Assembly: GCA_016931625.1 (NCBI GenBank) | Contig: JAFGEK010000079.1 | Coordinates: 258 to 64,257, forward strand | Direction: 5' to 3' | DNA length: 64,000 nucleotides | Source: Deltaproteobacteria bacterium | Lineage (GTDB): Bacteria; Myxococcota; XYA12-FULL-58-9; JAFGEK01 | Shown here: positions 1-9,331 of the stretch, piece after piece | Position numbering within the stretch: position 1 is the stretch's first letter | Layout of the letters: the number at the start of each line of letters is the position of its first letter | The notes under the pieces: model-generated | What the model was told of the DNA's origin: nothing | Databases searched by the model: none | What the model saw: the letters and a program-made list of their open reading frames with translations, nothing else | Translations under genes and position numbers: made by a program

Positions 1-1509
1 GATTTAATAATTTATGAGTTACATATTGGAACATTTACTAAAGAAGGCACATTTGCTGCAACTATCGATCGTCTGCATTATATTAAAGAATTAGGTATTA
101 CCGCAGTTGAAATCATGCCAGTAGCTGAATTTCCAGGTGGACGTAATTGGGGATACGATGGTGTACATTTGTATGCACCGCAATCAACATATGGAGGTCC
201 TGAAGGGTTTAAACAATTAATCGATGCCTGTCATAAACAGGGATTAGCAGTAATTTTAGATGTTGTTTACAATCATCTCGGCCCTGAAGGCAATTATCTT
301 AACGAATATGCACCATTTTTTACCAAACGTTATCATACCCCATGGGGTGCCGCATTAAATTTCGATGATGCTGAGTCAGATGGAGTTAGAAGATATTTTA
401 TTGATAATGCGCTATATTGGTTGACTGAATATCATGTAGATGCATTTCGTCTTGATGCGGTTCATGGAATTTTTGATTTTTCGGCACTACATATTCTTGA
501 GGAGCTAAATAGCGCCGTTCATAATGAAGCTAAAAAATTAGGCAGATTAGTACATGTAATAGCAGAGAGTGATCTTAACGATGTAAGAATTATACGTTCA
601 AATCATTTTGGCGGTTATGGCCTTGATGCTCAATGGAGTGATGATTTTCATCATTCATTACATTCATATTTAACCAATACCCAAAGAGGTTATTTTATTG
701 ATTTTGGTAAATTAGCACATTTAAAAAAGTCGATAGAATCTGGTTATGTATACGATGGTAAAAAATCAGCTTATCGTAAACGACGACATGGTAACTCATC
801 AAAGGAAGAACCTGGAAATAAATTTGTAGTGTTTACTCAAAATCATGATCAAGTTGCTAACGGCTCTGGCGGAGTAAGAATTTCAAATTTAATTACTTTC
901 GAGCAGCAAAAACTAGCAGCTACATTATTGTTTTGTGTTCCTTACTTGCCGATGTTGTTTCAAGGGCAAGAATATGGTGAACAGGCGCCATTTATATATT
1001 TTACTAGTCATAGCGATGCAGAATTAGTTGCAGCAGTGCGAAAAGGTAGACATGAAGAGTTTTTAGCTTTTAATTGGCAGACTGATTTTGCTGATCCACA
1101 AGCAGAAACAACTTTTCAGCAATCAAAACTTAATTGGTCGTTATGCAACAAAGCGCCACACTCATACATTTTAAAATTATATCAAGATCTTATAAAATTA
1201 AGAAAAAAATATTGTTTTTTAAATAACTGTCGTAAAGATATGGTTGAGGTAAAAATTAATGAAGAAGAATCATGGATGCAAATATGGCGAAGCCAACCTA
1301 ACGGACAAAATGGATTAGCAGTATTTAATTTTAATATAAAAGCGCAAGATATTAAGTTAAATAATAATTTGTTTACTAATCAAAAAGTAATATTATATAC
1401 TGAAACTATATTATATGGCGGTAATATATCAGATTTAAATAAATTGGTTAATAATATTGATGTATTGAAATTAGCTCCTTATAGCGCCGTAATTTTTAGT
1501 AATCATTAA
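1..1509 (+). CDS. treZ: Malto-oligosyltrehalose trehalohydrolase (GH13), 5' end outside window
   Basis: Frame is open from base 1 (DLIIYELHIGTFT...). GH13/TreZ motifs: NWGYDG, DVVYNHLGPEGNY, RLDAVH, IAESD, QNHDQV, LFQGQEY. Confidence 0.92.
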   Translation, partial: DLIIYELHIGTFTKEGTFAATIDRLHYIKELGITAVEIMPVAEFPGGRNWGYDGVHLYAPQSTYGGPEGFKQLIDACHKQGLAVILDVVYNHLGPEGNYLNEYAPFFTKRYHTPWGAALNFDDAESDGVRRYFIDNALYWLTEYHVDAFRLDAVHGIFDFSALHILEELNSAVHNEAKKLGRLVHVIAESDLNDVRIIRSNHFGGYGLDAQWSDDFHHSLHSYLTNTQRGYFIDFGKLAHLKKSIESGYVYDGKKSAYRKRRHGNSSKEEPGNKFVVFTQNHDQVANGSGGVRISNLITFEQQKLAATLLFCVPYLPMLFQGQEYGEQAPFIYFTSHSDAELVAAVRKGRHEEFLAFNWQTDFADPQAETTFQQSKLNWSLCNKAPHSYILKLYQDLIKLRKKYCFLNNCRKDMVEVKINEEESWMQIWRSQPNGQNGLAVFNFNIKAQDIKLNNNLFTNQKVILYTETILYGGNISDLNKLVNNIDVLKLAPYSAVIFSNH

Positions 1510-1529
1510 AATCTTGGTCAGAGGTTATA

Positions 1530-2735
1530 ATGACTGATTTAATTATCCATGGGCATTTTTATCAACCACCGCGAGAAAATCCTTGGACAGGGTTAATCGA
1601 TCGAGAACCAAGTGCATATCCATATCATGATTGGAATGAACGTATTCATGCTGAATGTTATCGTGCCAACGCATTTGCAAGAGTATTAAATCAATATGGT
1701 CGTATCGAAAATCTGGTTAACAATTATGCATATTTAAGTTTTAATTTTGGCCCAACTTTACTGTCATGGATAGCTCGTAATGACAGCGAAACTTATAATC
1801 GTATAATTGCCGCAGATCGTTGGAGTGTAAAAGCAAACCACGGCCATGGTAATGCTATTGCTCAAGCATATAACCATATTATTCTACCATTAGCCAACAA
1901 ACGCGATCGACTTACTCAAATACGATGGGGTATTACTGATTTTAAATATCGTTTTGGTCGTCAGCCAGAATCATTATGGCTATCTGAAACGGCATGCAAC
2001 GATGAAACTTTAGGTGATCTTATAGATGAGGGCTTAAAATTTCTAATTCTATCACCAAATCAAGCTGAACGTATTAGACCAATAGAGGCAAAAGAGTGGC
2101 AATCAGTTACAGAGGGCAATATTGACCCTGGAGTCGCTTATAAATATTTTCATCGTGATGGCTCAGGTCGTTCAATAGCACTATTTTTCTATGATGGCCC
2201 AATAGCCCGCTCAATTGCTTTTGAAGGGACGCTAATATCTAGTCAATCATTAGTGAACCGTCTGGCTCAGGCTCACGGTGGCGATGGCCGAGTTGTGCAT
2301 ATTGCAACAGATGGTGAAAGCTATGGCCATCATACTCATTTTGGTGAACGTGGTATTGCTTATGCATTGCTTGATGAAGCACCAAAACAAGGTTTTAATA
2401 TTACCAACTATGGTAGTTACCTTGAGCGTAATCCTCCAACAATAGAGGTAGAGATAAAAACAGGCCCAAACGGTGAAGGTACAGCATGGAGTTGTGCCCA
2501 TGGTGTTGGACGCTGGTGTCGTGATTGTGGATGTCAAACAGGTGGAAGAGAAGATTGGAATCAAGCATGGCGTGCTCCCTTGCGGCAAGCTTTAGATTAT
2601 TTACGCGATGAAATAACAAATATATTTGAACAATTGGGCTACGAATATTTTATTGATCCTTGGGTAGCGCGTGATAAATATATAGAAATAATGCTTGAAA
2701 GACCAATAGATACTTCTTTTAGTGAAGTAAATTAA
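1530..2735 (+). pseudogene. GH57/DUF3536-family glycoside hydrolase, apparently 3'-truncated
   Basis: Motifs IHGHFYQPPRENPW, SFNFGPTLL, ATDGESYGHH and WSCAHGVGRW. It stops soon after DPWVARDKYI, without the C-terminal domain usual for this family. Confidence 0.7.
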
Positions 2736-2751
2736 TTTTAAAATTAAATGT

Positions 2752-4341
2752 TTAGCTAATATCCAATTCTATATTACGATCGATTAAACGCAAATTCAAA
2801 GCTTCACTAAGATCACAAGCTTCTATATGTTCGCGTTGTTCTAAATCAGCAATTGTTCTTGCAACTTTAATCATTCGTACAGCAGTACGTGATGATAAAC
2901 CATTAATATCAACAGCACGTTCAAGCACTGCGAGTGCTTTGTTATTTAATGGTACAAAATCATTAAGTTCTCGTTCAGTCATTGTTGAATTTGTACGACC
3001 TGAACCGAGTCTTTTTTCTTGTATACTGCGAGCTGTAATAATGCGAGAACGTAAATCACGGCTACTCTCGCCAGATACACGTTTAGAAAAATCACGATAC
3101 GGAACAGCATCAACATTGACATGTAAATCTATTCTATCAAGTAACGGTCCTGAGATACGAGCACGATATCGTTGAATCTGGTCGAAAGAACATACACATA
3201 CATTTTGGTTACTATGAGAAAGTGGAGAATTATTATTTGGTGAAGAAGGAGGGTTAATTTGAAAACGACCGCAAGGGCATGGATTCATTGCGGCTATTAG
3301 CAAGACACGCGCTGGAAAAACTAGTGATCGAGCGGCGCGAGAAATATGGATGGCTCCTTCTTCAAGTGGCTCGCGTAAAGATTCAAGCGCACGGCGAGAA
3401 AACTCGGGGAGTTCATCAAGAAATAATACACCTCGGTGGGCAAGAGTTACTTCACCTGGTTTAGGAACTGAACCACCACCACAAAGAGCTGCATCACTGG
3501 CGGTATGATGTGGTGATCGAAAAGGCCGCTCACAAATTAAATAATTACCTGATGCTAATTTGCCAGCAGCAGAGTGAATTCGTGTTACTTCAATACGCTC
3601 TGGATTAGTTAATGGTGGCAGTAGGGCAGGCAAACGACGAGCAAGCATGGTTTTACCACTACCAGGTGGACCGATTAATAAGAGATTGTGATTGCCAGCA
3701 GCGGCAATAATAAGCGCGCGCTTTGCTTGTTTTTGTCCTTTAACTTCAGATAGACAATTTTCATAAGTTATATTCAAATTATTTGAAACGGTAGTGTTTG
3801 TCGCCGGTATATGATTTTGATTACAAATATGATCAATAACATCTTGCAAACAATGAGCGCCTAATACTGATATACCATCAATCACTGCTGCTTCAGTAGC
3901 ATTACTTGCAGGAACGAAAATCTCTTTATCACCCATACGATGAGCAAGATCAGCGATAAGCACAGCACCGCGAACTGGTTCAAGAGCGCCGCCAAGTGAT
4001 AACTCACCGAAAAATCTTCGGCCAGCTAATGCAGATGCTGGAATAATTTCGAGTGCAGCTAACAGCGACATCGCCAGCGCGAGATCGATGGCACTGGCAT
4101 CTTTTTCGAGTTCAGCAGGAAGTAAATTAACCACCAAACGATGGGAACCAATGTGTATATCGCTTGCAGTAATTGCTGAACGCACTCGCACCGCAGCTTC
4201 ACAGACAGCACCGCGTGCTAAACCAATAACCGTCATACATGGTAAACCATTTGCACGATGTGCTTCGACAATTATTTCATGTGCGTCAACCCCGATAATG
4301 GTGCCAGTGGCAGCACGAGCAAGCATATAAATTACCCCCAT
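2752..4341 (-). CDS. comM: YifB/ComM Mg-chelatase-like AAA+ ATPase
   Basis: GPPGSGKT Walker A, RPFRSPHH, LAHRGVLFLDELPEF, AMNPCPCG, SGPLLDRID. Confidence 0.92.
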   Translation of the reverse strand: MGVIYMLARAATGTIIGVDAHEIIVEAHRANGLPCMTVIGLARGAVCEAAVRVRSAITASDIHIGSHRLVVNLLPAELEKDASAIDLALAMSLLAALEIIPASALAGRRFFGELSLGGALEPVRGAVLIADLAHRMGDKEIFVPASNATEAAVIDGISVLGAHCLQDVIDHICNQNHIPATNTTVSNNLNITYENCLSEVKGQKQAKRALIIAAAGNHNLLLIGPPGSGKTMLARRLPALLPPLTNPERIEVTRIHSAAGKLASGNYLICERPFRSPHHTASDAALCGGGSVPKPGEVTLAHRGVLFLDELPEFSRRALESLREPLEEGAIHISRAARSLVFPARVLLIAAMNPCPCGRFQINPPSSPNNNSPLSHSNQNVCVCSFDQIQRYRARISGPLLDRIDLHVNVDAVPYRDFSKRVSGESSRDLRSRIITARSIQEKRLGSGRTNSTMTERELNDFVPLNNKALAVLERAVDINGLSSRTAVRMIKVARTIADLEQREHIEACDLSEALNLRLIDRNIELDIS

Positions 4342-4496
4342 TTTTAAGTGTTATTTATTCATTTGGTTTTCAACAAAGGTTGAGCAATGACTTGTGAGCA
4401 AAAATAAGGCCAATACTAACTGTCTAAAAATACGTTGTTTTAGTTGTAGCTAGGTAAGCAATGTAGCAATTTGCGACACTTTTTTTGAAGATTTTA

Positions 4497-4587
4497 AAAT
4501 TAGCTATCAAAGTAGAAGATCAGGGATAAACTTCCCAAGCCGTAGCAATACCAAGTTGGCCTTGGTAATTATCACCAAAGCAGTAGG
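4497..4587. repeat. 91-bp direct repeat copy 1 (orphan copy of the 3' end of the RCC1 gene)
   Basis: 84/91 identical to 9241-9331 by manual alignment. The minus strand reads YCFGDNYQGQLGIATAWEVYP-stop. Confidence 0.93.
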
Positions 4588-4594
4588 GTTATAA

Positions 4595-4826
4595 ATTAGT
4601 TTAGTAATAATCGTCTTGCAAACCCTAAATTATTAGGCCAATAGTGGCAAAAGCAATGAGCAAAACATCACCTATAATATTAGATACGGCTAAGTTAGAG
4701 TTGCTAAAGCCCCCTGCGCAGCAACAACTGGCCGCCATTATTGAGTTATATGCTGCCTGCCCATTGGTTGAATATTTAATGTTGTTTGGCAGTTATGCGC
4801 GTGGTGACTTTGTTATTGATGAAAAA
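4595..4826 (+). pseudogene. 232-bp duplicate of the upstream region and 5' end of the MNT-HEPN gene (truncated ORF 4644-4883)
   Basis: Matches 6256-6487 (offset 1661 bp, about 8 mismatches). Protein identity ends after GSYARGDFVIDEK. Confidence 0.92.
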
Positions 4827-4879
4827 CTAAAACAACAAACTACTACTGAAAAATTATTTATGCTGTGCTGGAGTATCAA

Positions 4880-6004
4880 GTGACAAAAAACAATAAAAGC
4901 AACGCTTGGCAGCCATGTTATGAAATTACACCTAATATAGCTAAGTTGCTTATGTCTATTGCCACTATTAAAAGTGAGGTTGAGCATTTAACATTATCGC
5001 TAGTGCTTACCTCTAAGTTGCGGCAACAAGCCAAAATACGCTCAACCCATTATTCAACAAGAATCGAAGGCAATCGTTTAACATTAGCAGAGGCCACACA
5101 GGTGGTTAAACAAGGTAAAATAACTTTTCGTGGTCGTGAGCGCGACGTACGTGAAGTGCGCAATTACTGGAACGCGCTACTTAAAGTTGAGCAATGGGCG
5201 CGTGAACGTAGAATTATAAGCGAAAAGTTACTTCGTGACCTACATGCGTTAGTAGAAATTGGACCACGTGCTCGACCGACACCATATCGCGATGGCCAAA
5301 ACGTAATTAGTGACGCAGTTTCAGGTGCTATAGTGTACTTGCCTCCAGAAGCAAAAGATGTACCTGATCTCATGGCTGGTTTGGTGAAATGGATAAAAGA
5401 AGCCGAGCGAGCTAATATACCAATGCCTTTAATAGCTGGTTTAGCTCATTACCAATTTGTAACCATCCACCCATACTTTGATGGCAATGGACGCACCGCA
5501 CGATTACTTGCGACTTTTATTTTGCAACGCGGTGGTTTTGGCCTTAATGGATACTACTCACTTGAAGAACATCACGCTCGCGATTTGTCAGGCTATTATC
5601 AGGCTCTGGCTGTTCATCCACATCACAACTATTACGAAGGTAGAGCGCAGGCAGATCTAACTTTATGGCTTGAATACTTTATAGCTAAGTTGGCTGACAC
5701 CTTTGCCGCGGTAAAAACTGAGGCCAATCGTCTAACCCAGCACGGTGTTAGCACTATTCCTAAAGGGTTACAAAAACTCGATCAACGCGCCAAAGTAGTA
5801 ATTAGTTTATTTGTCGATGCTGATCATATCACAACCTCAGAGGTGGCGCAGGTATTGGGGCTGTCAGAACGTATGGCGCGATTGTTACTTGCTGATTGGG
5901 TAAATGCTGGTTGGCTGGTAATTGTCGAAGCATCACGCCGTAAGCGCAACTATAAGTTATCGGCAAAATATCGGAAATTTATCGGCAAGCCATCGGCAAA
6001 ATAA
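4880..6004 (+). CDS. Fic-family protein with C-terminal HTH
   Basis: STHYSTRIEGN and Fic motif HPYFDGNGRTAR. GGAG precedes GTG at 4880. Confidence 0.9.
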   Translation: MTKNNKSNAWQPCYEITPNIAKLLMSIATIKSEVEHLTLSLVLTSKLRQQAKIRSTHYSTRIEGNRLTLAEATQVVKQGKITFRGRERDVREVRNYWNALLKVEQWARERRIISEKLLRDLHALVEIGPRARPTPYRDGQNVISDAVSGAIVYLPPEAKDVPDLMAGLVKWIKEAERANIPMPLIAGLAHYQFVTIHPYFDGNGRTARLLATFILQRGGFGLNGYYSLEEHHARDLSGYYQALAVHPHHNYYEGRAQADLTLWLEYFIAKLADTFAAVKTEANRLTQHGVSTIPKGLQKLDQRAKVVISLFVDADHITTSEVAQVLGLSERMARLLLADWVNAGWLVIVEASRRKRNYKLSAKYRKFIGKPSAK

Positions 6005-6012
6005 CGGTAATA
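5958..6012 (+). repeat. Five degenerate 11-bp units (TATCGGCAAAA-like) over the Fic stop codon
   Basis: ATCGG at 5959, 5970, 5981 and 5992, and AACGG at 6003. Confidence 0.75.
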
Positions 6013-6304
6013 ATTTAAAAACAACGCGTTATAGGATGATTAAATAATTCTCGCGTAACTTCTTAATGAGTGCTTGCGAAGCATGGGTGTCATACCGAGT
6101 GCATTGAGAGATCTTACAATGAACATTAAAATAAAGAATCTTATCTGCGCTCTTAAATAACAAGTCTGCTTGCGTTTGTGCCACGATTTATTGAGAAGTT
6201 ACATACTCGCCTAGCTAGCATTTTATGGTTTTGCTCTGCAACATTAGAGTTATGCATTAGTTTAGTAATAATCGTCTTGCAAACCCTAAATTATTAGGCC
6301 AATA

Positions 6305-7552
6305 GTGGCAAAAGCAATGAGCAAAAAAGCACCTATAATATTAGATACGGCTAGGTTAGAGTTGCTAAAGCCCACTGCGCAGCAAAAACTGGCCGCCATT
6401 ATTGAGTTATATGCTGCCTACCCATTGGTTGAATATCTGATGTTGTTTGGCAGTTATGCGCGTGGTGACTTTGTTATTGATGAAAAAACCGGTTACCGCT
6501 CGGACTTTGATTTGCTTATTGTCACTCAAGCCGCCACTAATAAAGATGAAGACAGAATCTTTTTTGACCTTGAAGAGCAAGCACGTTTAATTACCGGTGA
6601 AACACCTTTATCAATAATTCGACATCATATTGCTGAACTAAATCGCGAAATACGCTCAGGGCAATTCTTTTTTGCCGAGATTGTGCGCGAAGGCATAACG
6701 CTTTATGACACCCATCATGTAAAAATAGCTAAGCCCAAGGCAGCTACTCCACAAGAACGCTTTGAGTTGAGCCGTCGCTATTTTTGCACTTGGTTTGCCA
6801 GCGCTAATGCTTTGTGGATTGTTTCACACAACATAACTTTTGCTGAGCGGCGCATGGCCGCCTTTTTGCAACACCAAGCTGCCGAGCGTTATTTTCATGC
6901 GGTGACTTTGGTGTTTGAAGGCTATAAACATCAAACGCATAATTTAGAATTTTTGGCCAAACGTGCTGAGCTATATCATGAATTATTGCAACCAGCTTTA
7001 GCGCGTAGTGAGCCGCACGATAAACATATATTTAATTTATTACGCCGCGCCTATATCGAGGCCCGCTATAATATGGGCTATGATGTAACGCAAGCTGAGC
7101 TTGATGAATTCAGTATACGCGTGCGTGACTTAGCCAACCGGGTGCATCGTGCTTGCAGTGAAAAACTAGCTTCGTATTTTGGTGGTGAGGCTATTGGCGA
7201 GTTGCCACTCGTGCCGAGCAAAGCTGATGTAAAAATATTGCCGCAACCGCCACCAGAATTTATTGACAATGGAGACTTTAAAATTTGGCAACAACTAGCC
7301 GAAAATTTTGCCAAGCAAGTTGGTGATGAGCGTGAGGCTCAAGGTGAGGCGAGGGGCCATGCCGCTGGCAAAGAAGAAGGGATTTTAGAAGGCCAAGCGC
7401 GGGCAATTATCGATATATTAAAACGAAGAGATATAAAAGTAGATGATGCTATGGCCGCGCAAATATTAAACTGCCGCGATGCTAACTTGTTAGCTAAATA
7501 TTGGGAGCGCGCGTTTGTGGTGGGGTCGGTTGATGAGATGTTGGGTGATTAA
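6305..7552 (+). CDS. Fused minimal nucleotidyltransferase-HEPN protein with Rpn/DUF4351-like C-terminal tail
   Basis: LFGSYARGD...SDFDLL (MNT). AAFLQHQAAE...THNL...YIEARY (HEPN). Tail EAQGEARG...GKEEGILEGQARAIIDIL...ILNCRD...W. Confidence 0.85.
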   Translation: MAKAMSKKAPIILDTARLELLKPTAQQKLAAIIELYAAYPLVEYLMLFGSYARGDFVIDEKTGYRSDFDLLIVTQAATNKDEDRIFFDLEEQARLITGETPLSIIRHHIAELNREIRSGQFFFAEIVREGITLYDTHHVKIAKPKAATPQERFELSRRYFCTWFASANALWIVSHNITFAERRMAAFLQHQAAERYFHAVTLVFEGYKHQTHNLEFLAKRAELYHELLQPALARSEPHDKHIFNLLRRAYIEARYNMGYDVTQAELDEFSIRVRDLANRVHRACSEKLASYFGGEAIGELPLVPSKADVKILPQPPPEFIDNGDFKIWQQLAENFAKQVGDEREAQGEARGHAAGKEEGILEGQARAIIDILKRRDIKVDDAMAAQILNCRDANLLAKYWERAFVVGSVDEMLGD

Positions 7553-7677
7553 TTAGATACTAGAACTGTATCTTTAATAAGTCAGAAGCTTTTTCATATT
7601 CTAGAAACAGACACATTAAGTAATAGTAAACCATCGCTAAGACTATTATTTTCAAAAATAGGAATAGAAACAGTATA

Positions 7678-8913
7678 TTATTTATTGCTTTCAATTCTAT
7701 ACAATTTATCATTTTGCGATAATTTCACAATGATATATTCATCTTTTTTTAATTCATCTGGTAATTTGTCCTTCAAGATCGAGGCAACAAATTGAATATT
7801 TTTTGATTTAACAAGTTTGCCTATCATGACTAGTTGATTGTCATGCATTAGTTCTTTTTTATCGTTAAGTAAAAAATGCATGCAAGGAATATTTTCTTCA
7901 TCAGCAAAAAGTGTATAGGCAATATCAAAACAAGATATCTCCCCCTGCTTTTTGCCAGAGCTAAAATTAGCATTGAAAGCGGTGAACTCATAAAGGCGTT
8001 GCCCATTTTTTAATGTCTTCTGATCTGCCTTAAGTGCATATTTTTCGCCGTAAAGTTCATAGGAGACAGCTGAAAAATGTCTATTAAATTTATTAACCTG
8101 TTGTTTAATCTTTTCGGCGAATTCATCTGAAAAAAGGCCATCATCGATTTTATTTAGAGTTTGTTTGAGGGTGTATAGTTTATCTTCAACAGTTTTTAAT
8201 TGACTTAATATATGTTCATATTCGCCCATTTTTTGATATTTGAGATTAAGTTCTCCAATCATTGTTTCAAGAACTTCAAATGAGTCTGATTTTGTAACAA
8301 TAGCGCTGAGCCGGGTTTCTTCATCAATGAGATTATTTAATTGACTACGTTTGTTTTTAATATCTATCGCAATATTGGGTAACTCTTGCGCAATGAATTT
8401 TCGCTTCGATTCTACCATTTGGTTATGAAAATTGCATAGTTCTTTAAAAGTCTTCTGAACTTTATCTACAAGAGAAGTCGCTTGAAAATAGATTTGCTTA
8501 AGCTGTTGCTGATCAATATTGGCAACACTTGCCTATAGCTCACTCTGTGCCTCTAAAATTAATTCTTTTCTTAAGTCTAATCTGCTTATTTCTGATGATG
8601 TTATATTAATCTGATATTTAATTTTGTTAAGATTGTTTAGGTCAGATTCAAATGTGGGGTTGAGATTGAGAGCTGCTTTCTGGCTTTCTAAATCTTCAAT
8701 TTCTCCTTGCAAAAGCGCCAATGCAGTTTCATATGCTGCTTTTGTTTGTTCAGCTTCTAGGCGTTTTTTAAATTTTAATTCAACATCAATACTTGCTCGC
8801 AACTCTTGCTTGATATCGCCTTGGGCAAAATCGCAACCCAATAAAAACAAATACAGAGTTTCGTATTCATCATCTCGCGTATATCTATCAAGGTTTTTAA
8901 GGGTGTTGTTGAT
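7678..8913 (-). pseudogene. DUF2326-like SMC/ABC ATPase remnant (ABC three-component/Lamassu-like), 5'-truncated with an internal TAG
   Basis: ORFs 8533-8850 and 7678-8418 are in the same frame, separated by one TAG plus 38 sense codons. Coiled coil, FSSGKKQG signature and FLLNDKKELMH are present. No Walker A N-terminus. Confidence 0.7.
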
Positions 8914-9240
8914 ATCAAGGTGATTACAGGTGACACCGTCTTAAAAACAAATAAAACATATTTTCTTTTAATCTTTACAACAAGTTATGGCTTATTTTGC
9001 AAAAACAATGTCCCCAATACTGCCTATCTTAAAATGTAAACTGCAATTAGTCGCTATTTATGTAGATGGCTAATTTCCTAAGTAGCAACTATTAAGTAAT
9101 ACTTAATAGTTCAAATTGAGGAATAATACATGGTAAAACGACTCTCACCGATCAAAGTAAAAACGACTTAAACCACATAGTATTCACCCATCATACCATG
9201 ACAATTTATTGCCTCTTATAATTAACTTTTTTAATTTTTT

Positions 9241-9331
9241 AAATTAGCTATCAAAGTAGACAATTAGGGATAAACTTCCCAAGCCGTAGCATTACCAAGT
9301 TGACCTTGGTAATTATCGCCGAAGCAGTAGG
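9241..9331. repeat. 91-bp direct repeat copy 2 (true 3' end of the RCC1 gene)
   Basis: Aligns to 4497-4587. Confidence 0.93.

Noticed and set aside
6060..6160. REP-like palindromic element (GTCATACCGAGTGC...AGATCT)
   Set aside because: Too degenerate to define arms confidently.
8533..8535. Programmed amber read-through or recoding
   Set aside because: Other genes here end normally in TAG (e.g. copA, rsmB-like), and the gene is also 5'-truncated, so a nonsense mutation is simpler.
4497..9331. Diversity-generating retroelement (TR/VR pair at the RCC1 C-terminus)
   Set aside because: Differences are mostly C/T at synonymous positions rather than adenine-specific, and no reverse transcriptase is in the window. 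The Avd-like four-helix gene is 25 kb away and broken.
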